The position numbers were made by a program, and so were the translations under genes. Below are positions 1-13,000 of a stretch of 64,000 bases of DNA, piece by piece. A model generated the notes under the pieces. That model made no database searches. It worked only from the letters and a program-made list of their open reading frames with translations, and was not told the DNA's origin. The stretch is taken from positions 67,084,001-67,148,000 of the forward strand of contig OZ360223.1 in NCBI GenBank assembly GCA_977017645.1, read 5' to 3'. The DNA comes from Torpedo marmorata (lineage: Eukaryota). The number at the start of each line of letters is the position of its first letter. Position 1 is the first letter of the stretch.

Positions 1-614
1 AACCCTTTGAGTATGTTCCAGCTCTTTGAAACAGCTTTCCAATTAGTCCCACTCAACCACTCTTGGATCTGTTTTACAAATATTTTCCTGCGCATTTATC
101 CACCAAAGTTATTGCATCTGCTTTCATCATTCGTTCAGATAGTGCACGAGATCATTATGATAGCAGCAAAACAATGTTTAGCCCCTTGCTGTTTTGGACT
201 GTGCATCAGATGAGGACATGGACAGAGCATTTAGAGTGGAGGGAATGCAGTATAACACATTGTACACATGGATTCAGACAGTTTAAATTATTCCCAGTGA
301 TTGTGCCCTGCATTCAATTCATTTTAAAAGTTATTCAGCATGGGGACATGGGGAGATGGTCAGACTTCCATTGATTTATTATATCCTTTTTATAATTGGG
401 TTCGCCATAGACAAACTCAACTGGATTTTGTGGGAAATGCCAAGAGTTCTGTATGGAATTGGTGGCATTTCCCAATGCACGAGTCAGCAATTTCAGGATT
501 TCTCCACATGTGCATGAACACACGAGTGCTGAACTTGGTAATAGCTGTTCATTGCAATTTCTCATCTGTAATCCACTCCTGGATTCTTTTTGGCATCCAA
601 CAACTGACATGCAG

Positions 615-1466
615 AGATGGCCGCGCTGCCGGAGCCGCTGTAGCGGCAGCGCTGCCGCTGGTGCGGACCCGCGGGGAGCGTGGGAGCGGAGATACAGCGC
701 TCCCGCGGGGTCCAGCCGCCCAGTCGACTGCCGTCGGTTCCGCACGGGCTTTGAACAGCCCGTTAAAGGAGCCGACGGTGGTTTTATTTAAGATCCCGCG
801 ACCTCGGGGTCTGCGCCCAAGATGGCAGCGCCTATTAACCGGCAGCAGCCACGAAGGGCTGCAGATTCCGGGGAAGCGGAGGACTGGAGCAGGGCACCAG
901 TGGACGGGAAGATCACCCCCGTCTGAGAAGGAGAAGCGGAGGAGACGACCCACGGGACGGTGACCAGGGCGGCGGACCAGTGAGGGGCTCTGAGGCTGAA
1001 GGACCAGTGCATGCGGCGGGCTGCTGGCGACTCGAGGCGAGGAACCCGCGGAGGCTGTGGGCTGCTGGAGACTGCTGTCGGGGGACTCACGACGGGCTGC
1101 GGACTGCTGGAGGTTGGCTCGAACTGGCTGGAGGAGTACCAGGTATCGGAACCGGGATGTGAGGGGGTGCCGAGGGCGACCTGACCGTGTTGGAGGTTGG
1201 ATCTGGAGCTCGGGATGCCGATCGTTTGGACTGGACTCTGTGTGGCTGCGGAAGCGCTGGAGGCGAATCTATGGACACTTGGTGACTCTGGGGGGACTCT
1301 CTTTTGCTTCTCTTTCTCTGACTGTAAGGAATGTTAGAGGCGCCTAGGCAGTTTCTGCCGATGGCGAATCTGTCTGCCTTGGAGCAGGCAAAAAGAAATT
1401 TCGTGGTATATGACACTGTCGTATTGCTGTGACAATAAATTGAATCTTGAATCTTGAATCTTGAAT
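615..1466 (+). mobile_element. Non-autonomous GC-rich retroelement (~850 bp) with Rex1/Babar-like 3' tail, copy A
   Basis: Starts AGATGGCCGCGC, has an internal CCAAGATGGCAGCG (~817) and ends TGACAATAAA-(TTGAATC)n. Near-identical inverted copy at 35389-36202 and a diverged copy at 32349-33160. Confidence 0.8.
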
Positions 1467-1706
1467 AACAATTTCCCAAGGCCCACGCTAGAAAATCCAC
1501 TCAAAGGACTACTATTTTGTTAGATATATGTTAAATGAAAACAAATGGCTGCGCAAGATTAACTTTTTGTATTTTTAGATTCCTTTTTGATTTTTTAAAG
1601 TTTGTTTATTTCTTTAAAAATTGTGTAATTGTCTATTTTTTCATGGCTTGGGAATACTTTTTGACTTTTCCCAAATACCAGAAACATTCTGCAATTTTGT
1701 CAGCTT

Positions 1707-1838
1707 TGAGCTCAAGCCCGAAACGTTGGCTATGTATCTTTATCTTTGCGATATAAAGTACACTGTTTGACCTGCTGAGTTTCTCCAGCTTTGTGTTTTT
1801 ACTTCAACCACGGTGTCTGCGGACTTTCGTATTTTACT
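1707..1838 (+). mobile_element. 5'-truncated Penelope-type tail (3' half of a minimal hammerhead)
   Basis: GAGCTCAAGCCCGAAACGTTGG...GACCTGCTGAGTTTCTCCAGC...CCACGGTGTCTGC. Same family as 28655-28798 and 61680-61933. Confidence 0.75.
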
Positions 1839-2779
1839 TCTTGAGAACATCTATGTCAGGGTCACGGTTTGGCTGGCTGTCATTTTCTTGGGTGGAGGTT
1901 GCCCTATTCTCCTCCCTCACCTCAACATGATGGAATTCATGATCAGAAGGCCCTACCTTGGTGCATGACCTGCAACCGTGGTTGAAGCCTAGATTCTTTG
2001 ACCAGTAGGCTTTTGGATGTTCAATGAATTCAAACTATCTTTATAGGTCAGTGACAAGTGGGGATGAGTAATGTCTGACTACAAGTTCCGAACCATGCTA
2101 ATTAACTGTCTCCCAATCAATTGAACTGTATCCAACTTCCTGAAGCAATTATATGATACAATGTCAATATTCCATAGAACCCTTTGTACACAAAGTTGAA
2201 AAATAGTTTATGATACCTTGAATCAAACCTATAGGTATTGTTCTAATGCATTGATAGCTTAGCAAAATTTTGAAGAGAAATTTGCAAGCACCGGATATAT
2301 CCACTTCAACACAGAAACAACACATCCTGGATACATAAGAGTATATTATAAATTCTGCAAATTATCAATTGGGATATAAATTTCAGATTATCCAATTAGG
2401 TGATTAATTATCCTGATTAGTCAATTATCCAATTAATTCTCTGCTTTGATGGTGGCGAACTGTAGCATGAAACAGTTTTTAATTGAACTTTCAGTGCATC
2501 ACTCTATTGAAATGTTGATGCAGATATCTTTTATTGTTAACGAGCTGTGAGGATTTAATTTAAACTAGAACTCTGTTTTGATGCATCATCAAATCGAAGT
2601 ACAGTGTAATTATTTTATAAGTGGTTTCAGTGAACTCCACTCAACTGAAAGCGTAATGAAAATAGCTTTTACTGTTAATTAAATATGACAGTTTGATTTA
2701 AACTCACTTCTGTGATTACATCATTGTATTTTGTTGGAATACAGAAAGTATTACTAAATTTCTCTAAATTCTATTTATT

Positions 2780-3480
2780 GATTTTATACATGGGATTCCA
2801 TTGGTGAGGCCACCATTTATTACCCATTCCTGAGTGTCCTTGAAATGGTTTAATGAACCATCTTCTTGAACCATTGCAGTCTCTTGAAAAGAATATTCCA
2901 ATAGTTTTCTTGGAGTGAGAGTTCCAGTGATAAAGGAGTAATAACAATAAATTTCAAATTTAGGGACTGTGATGGAGGGGCGTCTGCAGATACTGGTATT
3001 CCCCTGGTGTTTGGTCGATGAAATTGCAAGTTTTGGAGGTGCTATGAGTTGGTTTGGATAAGTTACAGTTTGCACAATCTTTGTGAGATGGTACACACTC
3101 CAGCCCAAGTGCTGGTGAGGAGAATAAAGGTTGAAAGTGCTACATAGAGTATATTGTCTTGAGAGCTGCACTCGCATCCAGGAAAGCTGGAAAGTGTTCC
3201 ATTATACATCTGATATGCCTTATAGATGGTGCAAAGGGCCCAGGGTGATAGAAGAAGTCACTAGATGGTCCAGTTGAGCTTCTGGTCGATGATGATCACT
3301 AATTGATCAGGGTAGGTTATTTGGTGATCTCATTGGAGTGTTATTGGCTAAAATATTTTAGTATGAAAAATACTTGCAACTTATCAATCCCTACCTGACT
3401 GTTGTCCAGGTTTTGTTGCATATACTGAGGTTGTAAATGGAACAGAACATCATTCAGTTGTTTCAGAGGAAAACCCTGCA
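2780..3480 (-). mobile_element. Old CR1-group LINE 3' remnant
   Basis: Reverse-complement similarity to the + strand remnant at 33190-33905 (e.g. CCACCACCTTCTCAAGGGCAATCAGGGATGGG). Heavily decayed, boundaries approximate. Confidence 0.55.
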
Positions 3481-3500
3481 GATCCTGAAAAATCAAAATA

Positions 3501-4389
3501 CCGTATATTTCGGCGTATAAGTCGGCTCGCGGATAAGTCGACCCCCCTTTTTCAGCCTTATTTCAATGGTTTTATTGTATATCCGGCGTATAAGTCGACC
3601 CCCAATTTTCGGGCTGTCCGGGCCTCCCAGCAACAACCCAAAATTTGTTACAACACCCCAATTGCCAAGTAACAAAGCTGTAAATTAAGCGAACCACGGC
3701 TACGTGTTGGCTCCCGGGCAGGAGCGGCGACCTCGTTCTCCCGGGCAGGAGCAGCGACCTCGTTCTCCCGGGCAGGAGCAGCGACCTCGTTCTCCCGGGC
3801 AGGTGCGGGGACCTCGTTCTCCCGAGCAGGTGCAGGGACCTCGTTCTCCCGGGCAGGTGCGGCGACGTCGTTCTCCCGAGCAGGTGCAGGGACCTCGTTC
3901 TCCTGGGCAGGTGCGGCGACCTAGTTCTCCCGGGCAGGAGCGGCGACCTAGTTCTTTCGGCAGGTCGGGAACGGACTCGGACTACGTGGCAGGAGCGGGA
4001 ACCTCACCCTACTGGCCAGGAGCCTCGGCTTACCGGGCAGGAGCGGCGACCTCAGGCTCCCAGGTAGGAGCGGGGACCTCGGGCTCTACAATTGTAGAAT
4101 GTCTGGGTGGTTTATGGCGGCGCCCGGCGGTGGGGAGGTGTCGGGGAGAGGCGGCACCGGCGGTGGGGAGGTGCTTCCAGCTTTGACCTATACGCCGAAT
4201 CAGTTTTTCATGGGTCGACTTATACGCCGAATCGGGTTTTCAAGGGTCGACTTATACGCCGAATCGGTGTGGAGTAGTTTTTGAGCTGATTTTAAGGTCT
4301 CAAAAGTATATCCGGCGTATAAGTCGACCCCCGTTTTTTGAGAGATTTTTGAGGGTTTCAAGACTCGACTTATACGCCGAAATATACGG
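3501..4389 (+). mobile_element. Non-autonomous pogo-family element (MITE) related to the transposon at 36719-38770
   Basis: TIRs CCGTATATTTCGGCGTATAAGTCG (3501) and CGACTTATACGCCGAAATATACGG (ends 4389), with TA TSD at 3499-3500 and 4390-4391. About 100 bp of each end match the ends of the autonomous element. Confidence 0.93.
3711..3965. repeat. 27-bp GC-rich minisatellite inside the MITE
   Basis: About 9 units of CTCCCGGGCAGGAGCGGCGACCTCGTT with variants; this produces the RSPGQ-repeat pseudo-ORF. Confidence 0.9.
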
Positions 4390-4391
4390 TA

Positions 4392-5745
4392 CATACAAAA
4401 ATTGCTGCAAATACTCAGTAGATCAGGCAATAGCAACAGAGGCAGAAACAGAATTAGCATTTCAGATTGATGACCTTTCATTAGAACCAGGAGAAACTAG
4501 AAATAAAATACATTTTAAATTGCAGAGCAATGGGAAGGGGTATAGAAAATAGAGAGAATCCCTGTTTTTGGGTGGAGACCAGGAAAGAGCGAATGACATT
4601 GGTGGTGATGTTACCTGAAGAGTGTGATTCGAGGTGCACCTTGAGAGTTACAAATAGATAATTGAAATCAGAAGAGGAGAGAAAAAAAGAAAAACTGAAT
4701 ATGGGAAATACAAGATACAAGAATGGAAACACTGGTTAGCTGAAATTGTGCAATTCAGTGTCAAGGTTGAGGCTAAAATGTACCAAGTTTGAAGAAGAGG
4801 TGTCACTTCTCAAGCTTGTGTTGAGTGAGTGCTTCCAACGTATCTCCCCTTTACCCAACATTGCTGAAAGCAACCTCAATGGAGGCTCTTATACTTCTTG
4901 CTCTCATGCCCTCTTCTCCCAGCCAAAGCTTCACATTTTTCCTGCCATATTCAACCAAACTTCCCCCATTATTTATGCCACTATTCAACACATTTTCCCC
5001 TCCCTCTATTTTCAGTATTCTGAAGAGACCTTTCCCTCTGTAATGTTCTGGTCCCAGGTCCACTGACACTCACCTCTCCTTTCAAGACACCTTACCGTGC
5101 AATTGCAAGAGATTCCCCACCTTCACTTTTAGAATCCTTTTGTTCAAGGATATAAATATTCCTTCCAGGTGAAGCAGCAATTTACTTGTCCTTCTTCCAA
5201 TCTAGTATGCTGATTTATAAGTGGTCTTTGCATGGGGGAAACCAGCAGCAGACATAGAGTTCCCAGAGGGACTCTCGAGTTTTCAGTTGCTACTCTCTTT
5301 ACTCCAATTTTCTCCCACTTGACCTGTTTTGGCTTCTGTAGCCTCTTAGTAAAGCTCAAAAAGCAGTTCCTCATCTTCTGACTTTGAGTGCTTGGGATTC
5401 AATGCTGAATGCAACTATTTTAGATATTCTAATCTTTTATCTCACAAATCTATTTCCTCTTACGCCGTGTTTTAATTCCAGTCTGATTTTCTGCATTTCA
5501 GTTTCATCTCTTCAAACCTGCACTTCCCAAGTTTTTCATCACTTGTGGCATTCAACTTTCCTGATCTCCAGCCTATCACAAACATTTTCTTTTTTTCCCT
5601 GCACCCTTTTCCCTTTCTTTGCAGCTTAAGAATTGTCTTCTACCTAACTTTTCTTGGTTCTGATGGGAAGTTATCTGAAATAAAAACCATGTTTCTTTCT
5701 CCTTACATGCAGCATGACCTGTGGAATGTTTCTAGTATGTTCTGC
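4392..5745 (+). mobile_element. Old Penelope-like element with an inverted 5' segment
   Basis: GIY-YIG remnant SFQVKQQFTCPSSNLV...GET at ~5160-5243 (+). The segment 4392-4830 is an inverted copy of the 3' part. Degenerate hammerhead tails at both ends (~4460-4488 on -, ~5656-5680 on +). Confidence 0.65.
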
Positions 5746-5746
5746 T

Positions 5747-5995
5747 GTGGCACGGTTAGCACAATGCTGTTGCAGCGCCAGCAACCAGGGTTCAAATCCG
5801 GCACTCTTTGTACGGAGTTTGTATGTTCTCCCTGTGTCTGCGTGGGTTTCCTTCAGGTGCTCTGGTTTCCTCCCACCCTTCAATAAAAGTATGGGGGTTG
5901 TAGGTTAATTGGGGAATTTGGGTGGCACAGGCTCGTAGACAGGAGGGTCCTGTTACTGTGCTGAATGTCTAAATTTTTAAAAAAATTAATTTAAT
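5747..5995 (+). mobile_element. tRNA-derived V-SINE (HE1-like)
   Basis: B-box GGTTCAAATCC, V-domain GGAGTTTGTATGTTCTCCCTGTGTCTGCGTGGGTTTCC, CR1-like tail and A/T tail. Confidence 0.85.
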
Positions 5996-5999
5996 TATA

Positions 6000-6450
6000 C
6001 AAGCATCAATGAACCTCTCACTTCTGATGATGATGGAAGGAAGGCCATTGATGAAGCAGTTGGAGTTGGTTGGGACGAGGACAGTGCCTTGAGGAACTCC
6101 TGCAGTGAAGTCCTGGTCTGGGGTGATTGATTTCCAACAACAAAACCACCTTTCTTTATACAAGGTATAACTCCAATCAATAGAGTGTTCTGTCTTTATA
6201 CTGGACTTGGCCAAATGCAGCCTTAATATCAATAGTGTCTGCTTTAACTGGATGTTTTCATGGGTGCTAGATGTTGATAGTAGCATCTATGACTCCTGGA
6301 ATTCAGCTGTGATGGGCTCTGGAATCGAATTTCCCTGCCGAAAACTGGCATCAGTGAACAGATTATTAGTGAACAGGTGCCACAAGAAAGCAGTATCAAT
6401 AACACCTTCTGTCAATTTGTTCATGATTGAGAGTAGAATGATTGGGCAGT
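6000..6450 (-). mobile_element. Old CR1-group LINE RT remnant (continues ~7100-7900, split by the Rex1 insertion)
   Basis: Minus-strand ORF reads QDFTAGVPQGTVLVPT...CFINGLPSII, the RT motif GVPQGSVLGP. Confidence 0.65.
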
Positions 6451-7083
6451 GTCAAGTCAAGTTTATTGTCATCTGATTGCACAAGTACAACTCGATGAAA
6501 CAGCGTTCTCCGGTTCTGCAAAACAGGCAGACACACAACCAGACATAACACACATACATACAGGCAAACAAGACATATGCAGGACAAGTATTCATGTTTA
6601 CAAATAAATATTGTTTCATGAATATGAGAGTATCGGATAGTTAGTGTGAGCAGTTCCTTTGGCCATTCAGTATTCTCACTGCCCGTGGGCAGAAGTTGTT
6701 CCTCAGGTCTGATACTCTTGTATCTCTTTCCCGACTGAAAGATGCTGTGTGCAGGGTGGAAGGGGTCCTCAATGATTTTACGCGCCCTCTTCAGACAACG
6801 ATCCATATAGATCACGTCGATGGGGGGGGGGGGTGGCGGGGGTGGGGAGGGAGACTCAAATGATCCTCTCTACCACTCTTATGGTCCTGTGGATTGACCT
6901 CCGATCCATTTCTCTGCAGCAACCTTACCACACTGTGATGTAACTGGCCAGGACGCTCTCGATAGAGCTCCTGTAGAAGCTTGACATAATGGTGGCCGGT
7001 AGCCTTGCCCGCTTCAGTCTTCTCAGGAAGTACAGTTGCTGTTGCACCTTCCTGACAAGTGAAGAGATGTTGTGTGTCCATGA
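6451..7083 (-). mobile_element. Rex1/Babar LINE 3' fragment
   Basis: IYMDRCLKRARKIIEDPFHPAHSIFQSGKRYKSIR; tail TGACAATAAACTTGACTTGAC. Confidence 0.85.
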
Positions 7084-8759
7084 GGAGATGTTATGAGTCT
7101 AAATATATCCAGTGATCAGATGGATGGGATTTACCCTGCTTTTTGTGGACACAAGATTGATGGCCAATTTTCCTCAGTTTTGGGCTGATGTGGAAACTAT
7201 ACTGGTGAATTGACCAACTCTGGAATACATCTTCAGCTCTCCATCCAGGATGCTGACGTCTTCAATCTTTGCTCCCTTCTTGATTCCTCATGCTTGTTGT
7301 TCTGTATTACCATGTCATTAGATCTGGAGCTAAATTTTTAGGCATGTCTGCTGCTGCTCACAACATGTCCTTGATTTCATATAGATTGAATGAAATTGTA
7401 TTAAGTCTGATTCTCTGATTGCGGTTCTTCCGACGAAACAACTGGAACGTCCTTAGCCTCTTCTGTGTCAGCCACTGTCATCAAAGTGGGAAGGTTTATA
7501 GACTGTCTTCTTCTTGTCAGCAAAATTGTCCACCATTCACAGCTGGAAAGGCAGACTGAAAACTTCTGATCTCATCTATTGGTTGCATGCTCTGGCTATT
7601 ACATACTGTTTTTGCTGTTTAGGATGAAGCAGTCCTGGTTTTTTGTTTCACCAGCTATGGGCTCAATTTTTGAGTAAGTGTAGAACTTCTCCCAGCATGC
7701 CTTTTGTCAATCTTCCTTGAACCAGGCCTGATCAGTACCTTGGCTTTATGTGAGGTTGAGAGAAGAATATGCGACGTTTCAGGTTGCGACAGTGCTCTAT
7801 TTCAGCAAGTCCAGTTTTGCATTGCTGGAATTGTTCTGTACCCATCCCATTTAACATGATGCTAGTACCACACAACACAATGGAGGATGTCCTTGTACAT
7901 CACTACAGTTGTACTGTCCGTTAGAAAAATGGGTCATATTGATGCCTCGACATGTCCCGGACTATCATAAAGGACCAACTTCCAAAAGTTTAAGTGCACA
8001 AAAATTCTTTGATACTCCTTACAGCAGAGCCCTCTGATGTTCACAGAACATGTCCAACAATCCACCTCCTTCTCACAACAATTAGAGATGGACTGTAAAT
8101 GCTGCTCTTGTCACTGACACCCTTATCCCACAAATCAAAACAAAAATAAATATTTTCTCACCTTGACAACTGTGCAATTGATGTGTTCATGATTGCAGAG
8201 TTTCAGCCTGTTCCAAATAGCATTCCATTTGCCTGTTTATCTTTGTAATCTTCCTCCTTGAACTAATTATTTAACCCAGCCCTTTGCTCAAGGGATTAAT
8301 CAGTACTTTATTGCTTTTGCTTAGAGTGTACATGGGAACATATTGTTCTTGTTTTATTTGTATTGGGTTCCTATTCTAAGATTACAATCCAAGTAGGTTA
8401 GTTTGCTAATATTCACTTTATTTGTGACTTGCATCATTTTATAGTCATGCAGAACATTCCTCTTAATATTCCTCCCATTGTAAGTAAATTCCATTCCATG
8501 CATTTTTCTTCATAACATAAGCCACAAAGCCCTGGAAACATCCATTCACGTTCAAACAATAAATATCTTTCACTAGATACTTAATTTCCTATGAACTCCT
8601 CCTATCATGTTCCACTTTAAGATTGATTAGAAATACTAGACAAAGTTTCCTTGTGACTTTACATAGAGGACATTTCTCTCCATGTTGTTAGGTGCTCCTA
8701 CTGTTAAATTTTAGGCTTGCAGTCATGATGCATCAAGATTATTGGTACTTTTAAAAGGT

Positions 8760-9140
8760 TGAAATGGAGGAGGGTAGAGATCTAGGCTTGTATCGGCCAG
8801 AGTTTAGAAGACTGAGTAGTGACTTGATTGAAAAGGACAAGATTCTGAGTGGCATTGATAGTGTGGATATGGACAGTCATAGGTTAAAACATTTAAAAAG
8901 ACACATGGTGTGTTTTTCTCTCTCTAAGGAGTTTTAAAACTTTGGCAGTCTCTTCCTCAAAGAGCAGAAGAAACAGAGGTTTTGAAATATTAAGGCAGAG
9001 GTGTTTAGGCACTTGATAATGAAGGCATCAAAGGCTACCTGGAGTAGACAGGAATGGGCAGTTGACGTTTTAATCAGATCAGCCATGATCTTACTAAATG
9101 TAGAACAGGCTTGAGCAGTTTGTCCTGCTCCTATTTCATA
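8760..9140 (+). mobile_element. Old CR1 3' fragment
   Basis: Decayed version of the CR1 C-terminal coding stretch (AGAAGACTGAGTAGTGACTTGATTGAA), followed by a CR1-type 3' end. Confidence 0.6.
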
Positions 9141-9692
9141 TCTACTGATTAAATTCCTACAAGTGAGTAAATCACCACATTGCTTTACTGCTTACACCAG
9201 TTATGTTTTTCCTATTTACATGTGCCCTGCTTTGCAACTATACATGTTAAATTCCACTTCAGTTTGATGTGTGGGCTATTAGCTTTTGAATTATTAAAGT
9301 ATTGAGCTAAAACTGGGCAAAGAGATGTGGGAGTAGTTGTAGAAATTCAATGCCTGTGTGTTGAGGTGTTAATTCTTTGTTTCCCCACAGAAAGAAGACA
9401 AATAAATACCTTTCACATTGGATTATTTTGCAGCAACAGCAACAAACTGTTCACCTCAAAGAATATTTTTCTTGAAAAATCTCGCAATCATTATGGCATA
9501 GTTTTCAATCTTCTCAGTGTTAATTTCCATCTGACATTAACTCTGAGGAATCATTGGCATCCAATGACAGAGAATTCATCAGATAGTTCACGGACCATAA
9601 AACAGGAAGAAAAAATGCTGTAAACTTTAACTAACTTTTCAAACATTTTGAAAAAAGTGAAATTAAACTAGTTCATACACAAAAGTTTAAGT

Positions 9693-10013
9693 GGGTGGCA
9701 AGGTTGGCGTAGCGATTAGTGCAACGCCTTTACAGCGCCAGCGATCGGGACCGGGGTTCGAATCCCTTGCTCTCTGTAAGGAGTTTGTACGTTCTCCCCG
9801 TGTCTGCGTGGCTTCCCCCGGGGGCTCCGGTTTCCTCCCACTGTTTGAAACGTACCAGGGGTGTAGGTTAATTGGGTGTAAATTGGGCGGCACGGACTCG
9901 TGGGCCGAAATGGCCTGTTACCGTATGTCTAAATTTAATTTTAAAAATTAAAAAAAAATTAAATTTAAATTTAATATTTAAATTTAAATTAAATTAAATT
10001 TAAAATTTAATTT
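9693..10013 (+). mobile_element. Young V-SINE (HE1-like) with expanded A/T tail
   Basis: GGGTTCGAATCCC B-box, V-domain, CpGs intact, and an ~83-bp tail of only A and T (9931-10013). Confidence 0.9.
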
Positions 10014-13000
10014 GAAAGATAAATATCACAAGCAAACATGACAAATATTAACATTTAAACTTTTCAAAATCCCAAGGAAATTTGAACTAATTATTCTAAG
10101 GTATTCACTGGGGCTTAATAAAACTTTGTTACTCTTTATTCAACATTTTCAATAGTTTATGTATGGGAATAATTGAAGTCCTTGACAGGTCAGTAAATTC
10201 TTAGATATTCCACCTCAAACAGCTACAACTGAAATCCAATGGTGACAGCAAGTTTATGTTTGAGTTCTGTGTTTCTCTGCACACATCAGAAGATGCAGAC
10301 AGCTTCCAAATGGGAGGACAGGAAACACATTTTTCCCATTCATGCAACTGCAAATTTTGGGCACTGGTCCGAGGCACAAAAGATTGCAGCGTGTTTAATC
10401 TATATATGTTATTGGTAGACATTTTCGATGTTTTAGCTCTTTCTCAATAATTAGATTTGTCAGGAAAAGCTGTGCTATGTAAAAAATAGTTTACAGGTAT
10501 TATAATCTTGTAGAATTCAAAACAGTTTGTAGTTCTGGTACAAGGATCCAGAAGGCTTCACGAAAAGAAGGTAGTTGGTATTTACAGTGTGTTAGTGCAT
10601 TGAAAGTTATTTAATAGTTGTGGAATAAATTTCTCTTGCATTAAGATGCAGAGAAGGCAGATTGCATGCTACAAGTACACTTTGGTTAGAGCAATCTTGA
10701 GTGATACAAAATATTCCTCTGCCAATTTACAAAAAGGTTCCAGAGGAACTGCTATCACCAATGGAAGTTTGTCCAAAGTACAAACTACTGCTGTTGTTAC
10801 TCCACAGTTCCTTAGAATACCTCTGTTTTCACTCATATGTTTTGCTTACTGATTTGTCTGGTTTGCAAGGTAGAGTTTTGGAAATGACTGTGTTTAGTAT
10901 TGGATTTGATTCTTGTGTTAATCCTCAATCAAATCACGAAGACTTTTGATAATTTTTACCTGTGGCAAATCCAAGAATAATGGGAATCATGATTTAATTT
11001 AAATACATAACTGAGAAAAGTCTTCTCAGGAGACTTCAGTGATACCATCTCAAGGTACAGAGTAAAAGTGAAATAGTGAAGGAAGTGACGTTTGGAAAGA
11101 GATTGCTGTAATATTTAAAATAAATAAAAATTCTATTATGAATGGTAACATAAAAAAGTCAGGCCTCAAGAAGGGCCAATATGCCCATCAGGTTTGTTCT
11201 ATCTTCTATATCCTGTTTTGGATATATCTCTCCATACAAGTTTCAAAAACCCAACCTCATGTTATTCTGCAGCCTAATCTGCTCCTCACTGAGCACATCA
11301 CTGCAGTTGATATTAACCTATTCCATATGCCAGTGATTAATAGGACTAGAATTATCAATCCTTGAATTTATTTATCCCTCATTTAGCATGGCAGATGTAA
11401 CACTTGATTTACCATGTTCGTTTATACAAAGAACCATACTCAAGTTTTATGTGAAAAATCATTCTGTACCATTGCTCTGTTTCACATGTTTGGAATTGTT
11501 CTTTCACATTTCTCTTTAAAATGTACAGAAAGTTTGAAATTATAGTCTAAACATTGTGAAATCCAAGCTTATTTTATCCACCTTATGCTTACTTTTACAG
11601 TTTAAATAAGTTAAACAGCTTGTTGAATTAACTTGTCAGAACAGAATTATGCTCGTCTGTGGCTTAGTCTACTTGATGCTTTGTACCCTAACATTTCTGT
11701 GTACTCTGCATGGTAACATGGCTCATTTAATCTGAACATTAATGAAAGAGCAAGCATTTTGTCTGCAATCATTCTGTTTTTAGATATTCATTTATGTTGT
11801 ATATATTTTGTTCCAAAAGGAAACAGCAGTTTAGCGCTGAAATAAGAAATAGTGATTATCTTTTGAGCCACAAGTAAAATTAGATACTTCTGGTCAGGTA
11901 TGAATGACCAAACATAGCATTGTCTTCATATGCTCATCAGACAGATGAACTAGGATATCGGATTTTATAAACAGCAGTGAATCAAACTGTCAGTGACAGA
12001 ATCATTGATATTTTTACTCGTTGTTTCTTGATGTAATCACCATCAGTCTGAGAGATATTATATGTCTGAAAGTATTGAACTTTTATACTTTAACCTCCAA
12101 TTTACTTTTCAAACTTCTTACTCCATGGGGACTAAATGAAATTTCCTGATAGCTTGGTTTCAACTGATTCAAGTCAATTGTTTTCTGAGAAAAAACAGAA
12201 TCTAATCAGTCCATTGGTAATGTCTTAAGAACCCAAAGTTCTTTAACCTAATCTCTTGAAATATAAACTGTTGGCTGAGCAGAGCTTGTCCAATTTTGGT
12301 CATTAAATAGAGAGCACAAATGGCCTATTTCGTCTATTGACCATGACTTCTTTTCGACAATGTGGATATTTGATGAATTATCATATTTTACAATCCAAAA
12401 TTTACAATTCTGTGGGAAGTGAGTAAGCACAAGTAAAATCCAAGGGAAAAGCAAGGAACCCTCTGTGAAATTTGCTCCCTGTCAGAGATTCAAGTGAGAA
12501 TTTTAGAATATGAATGAATCATGCCAATGTACAGTGTTCTGTTGATGCAAAGAATACATCTTATTCCATGCTACGAGTCATCATCAATATTCACAATTAT
12601 CTCTCACAACAAACTGTTTTATGTTATGATATATTCTTAGCTGAGAATTTCCTAACAACTGCAAAAAAGCCTGCTAATATTGACTCCCTATTTTGGAACA
12701 TTTGAACATAAATCACAAATTCCTTTGCACCTACATGCTCTATATTTATGAAGATATTTTAAGAACTATAATTTCTCCAGTGAGATAAAAACAAATCCTA
12801 TGAATTTATGTTTTGTCCAGGAGAGGTGCATATAAATCTACCAATATATGGCTCCAGGATGAATCAAAGGCAGAGGATGTATGTACATGTATATAGATTA
12901 ACAGCCCATTGGTATAGCACAAGCTGTTGGAAGGATATTTCACTAATACCATTCCCGCTGCCTCATCCCAGAACTGGAAGACAGTGCCTCATGATAACAA

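Noticed and set aside
335-1500. Many overlapping ORFs (also 32339-33182 and 35357-36352)
   Set aside because: These are stop-poor frames caused by the high GC content of the non-coding retroelement; no domain motifs, and frames differ between copies.
3704-4186. 160-aa ORF with RSPGQ repeats resembling an SR-rich or protamine-like protein
   Set aside because: It is the translation of a 27-bp minisatellite inside a TIR/TA-bounded MITE, with a GTG start and no gene context.
5747-5800. tRNA-like A/B boxes (also at other SINE heads)
   Set aside because: These are SINE heads with no complete cloverleaf, not tRNA genes.
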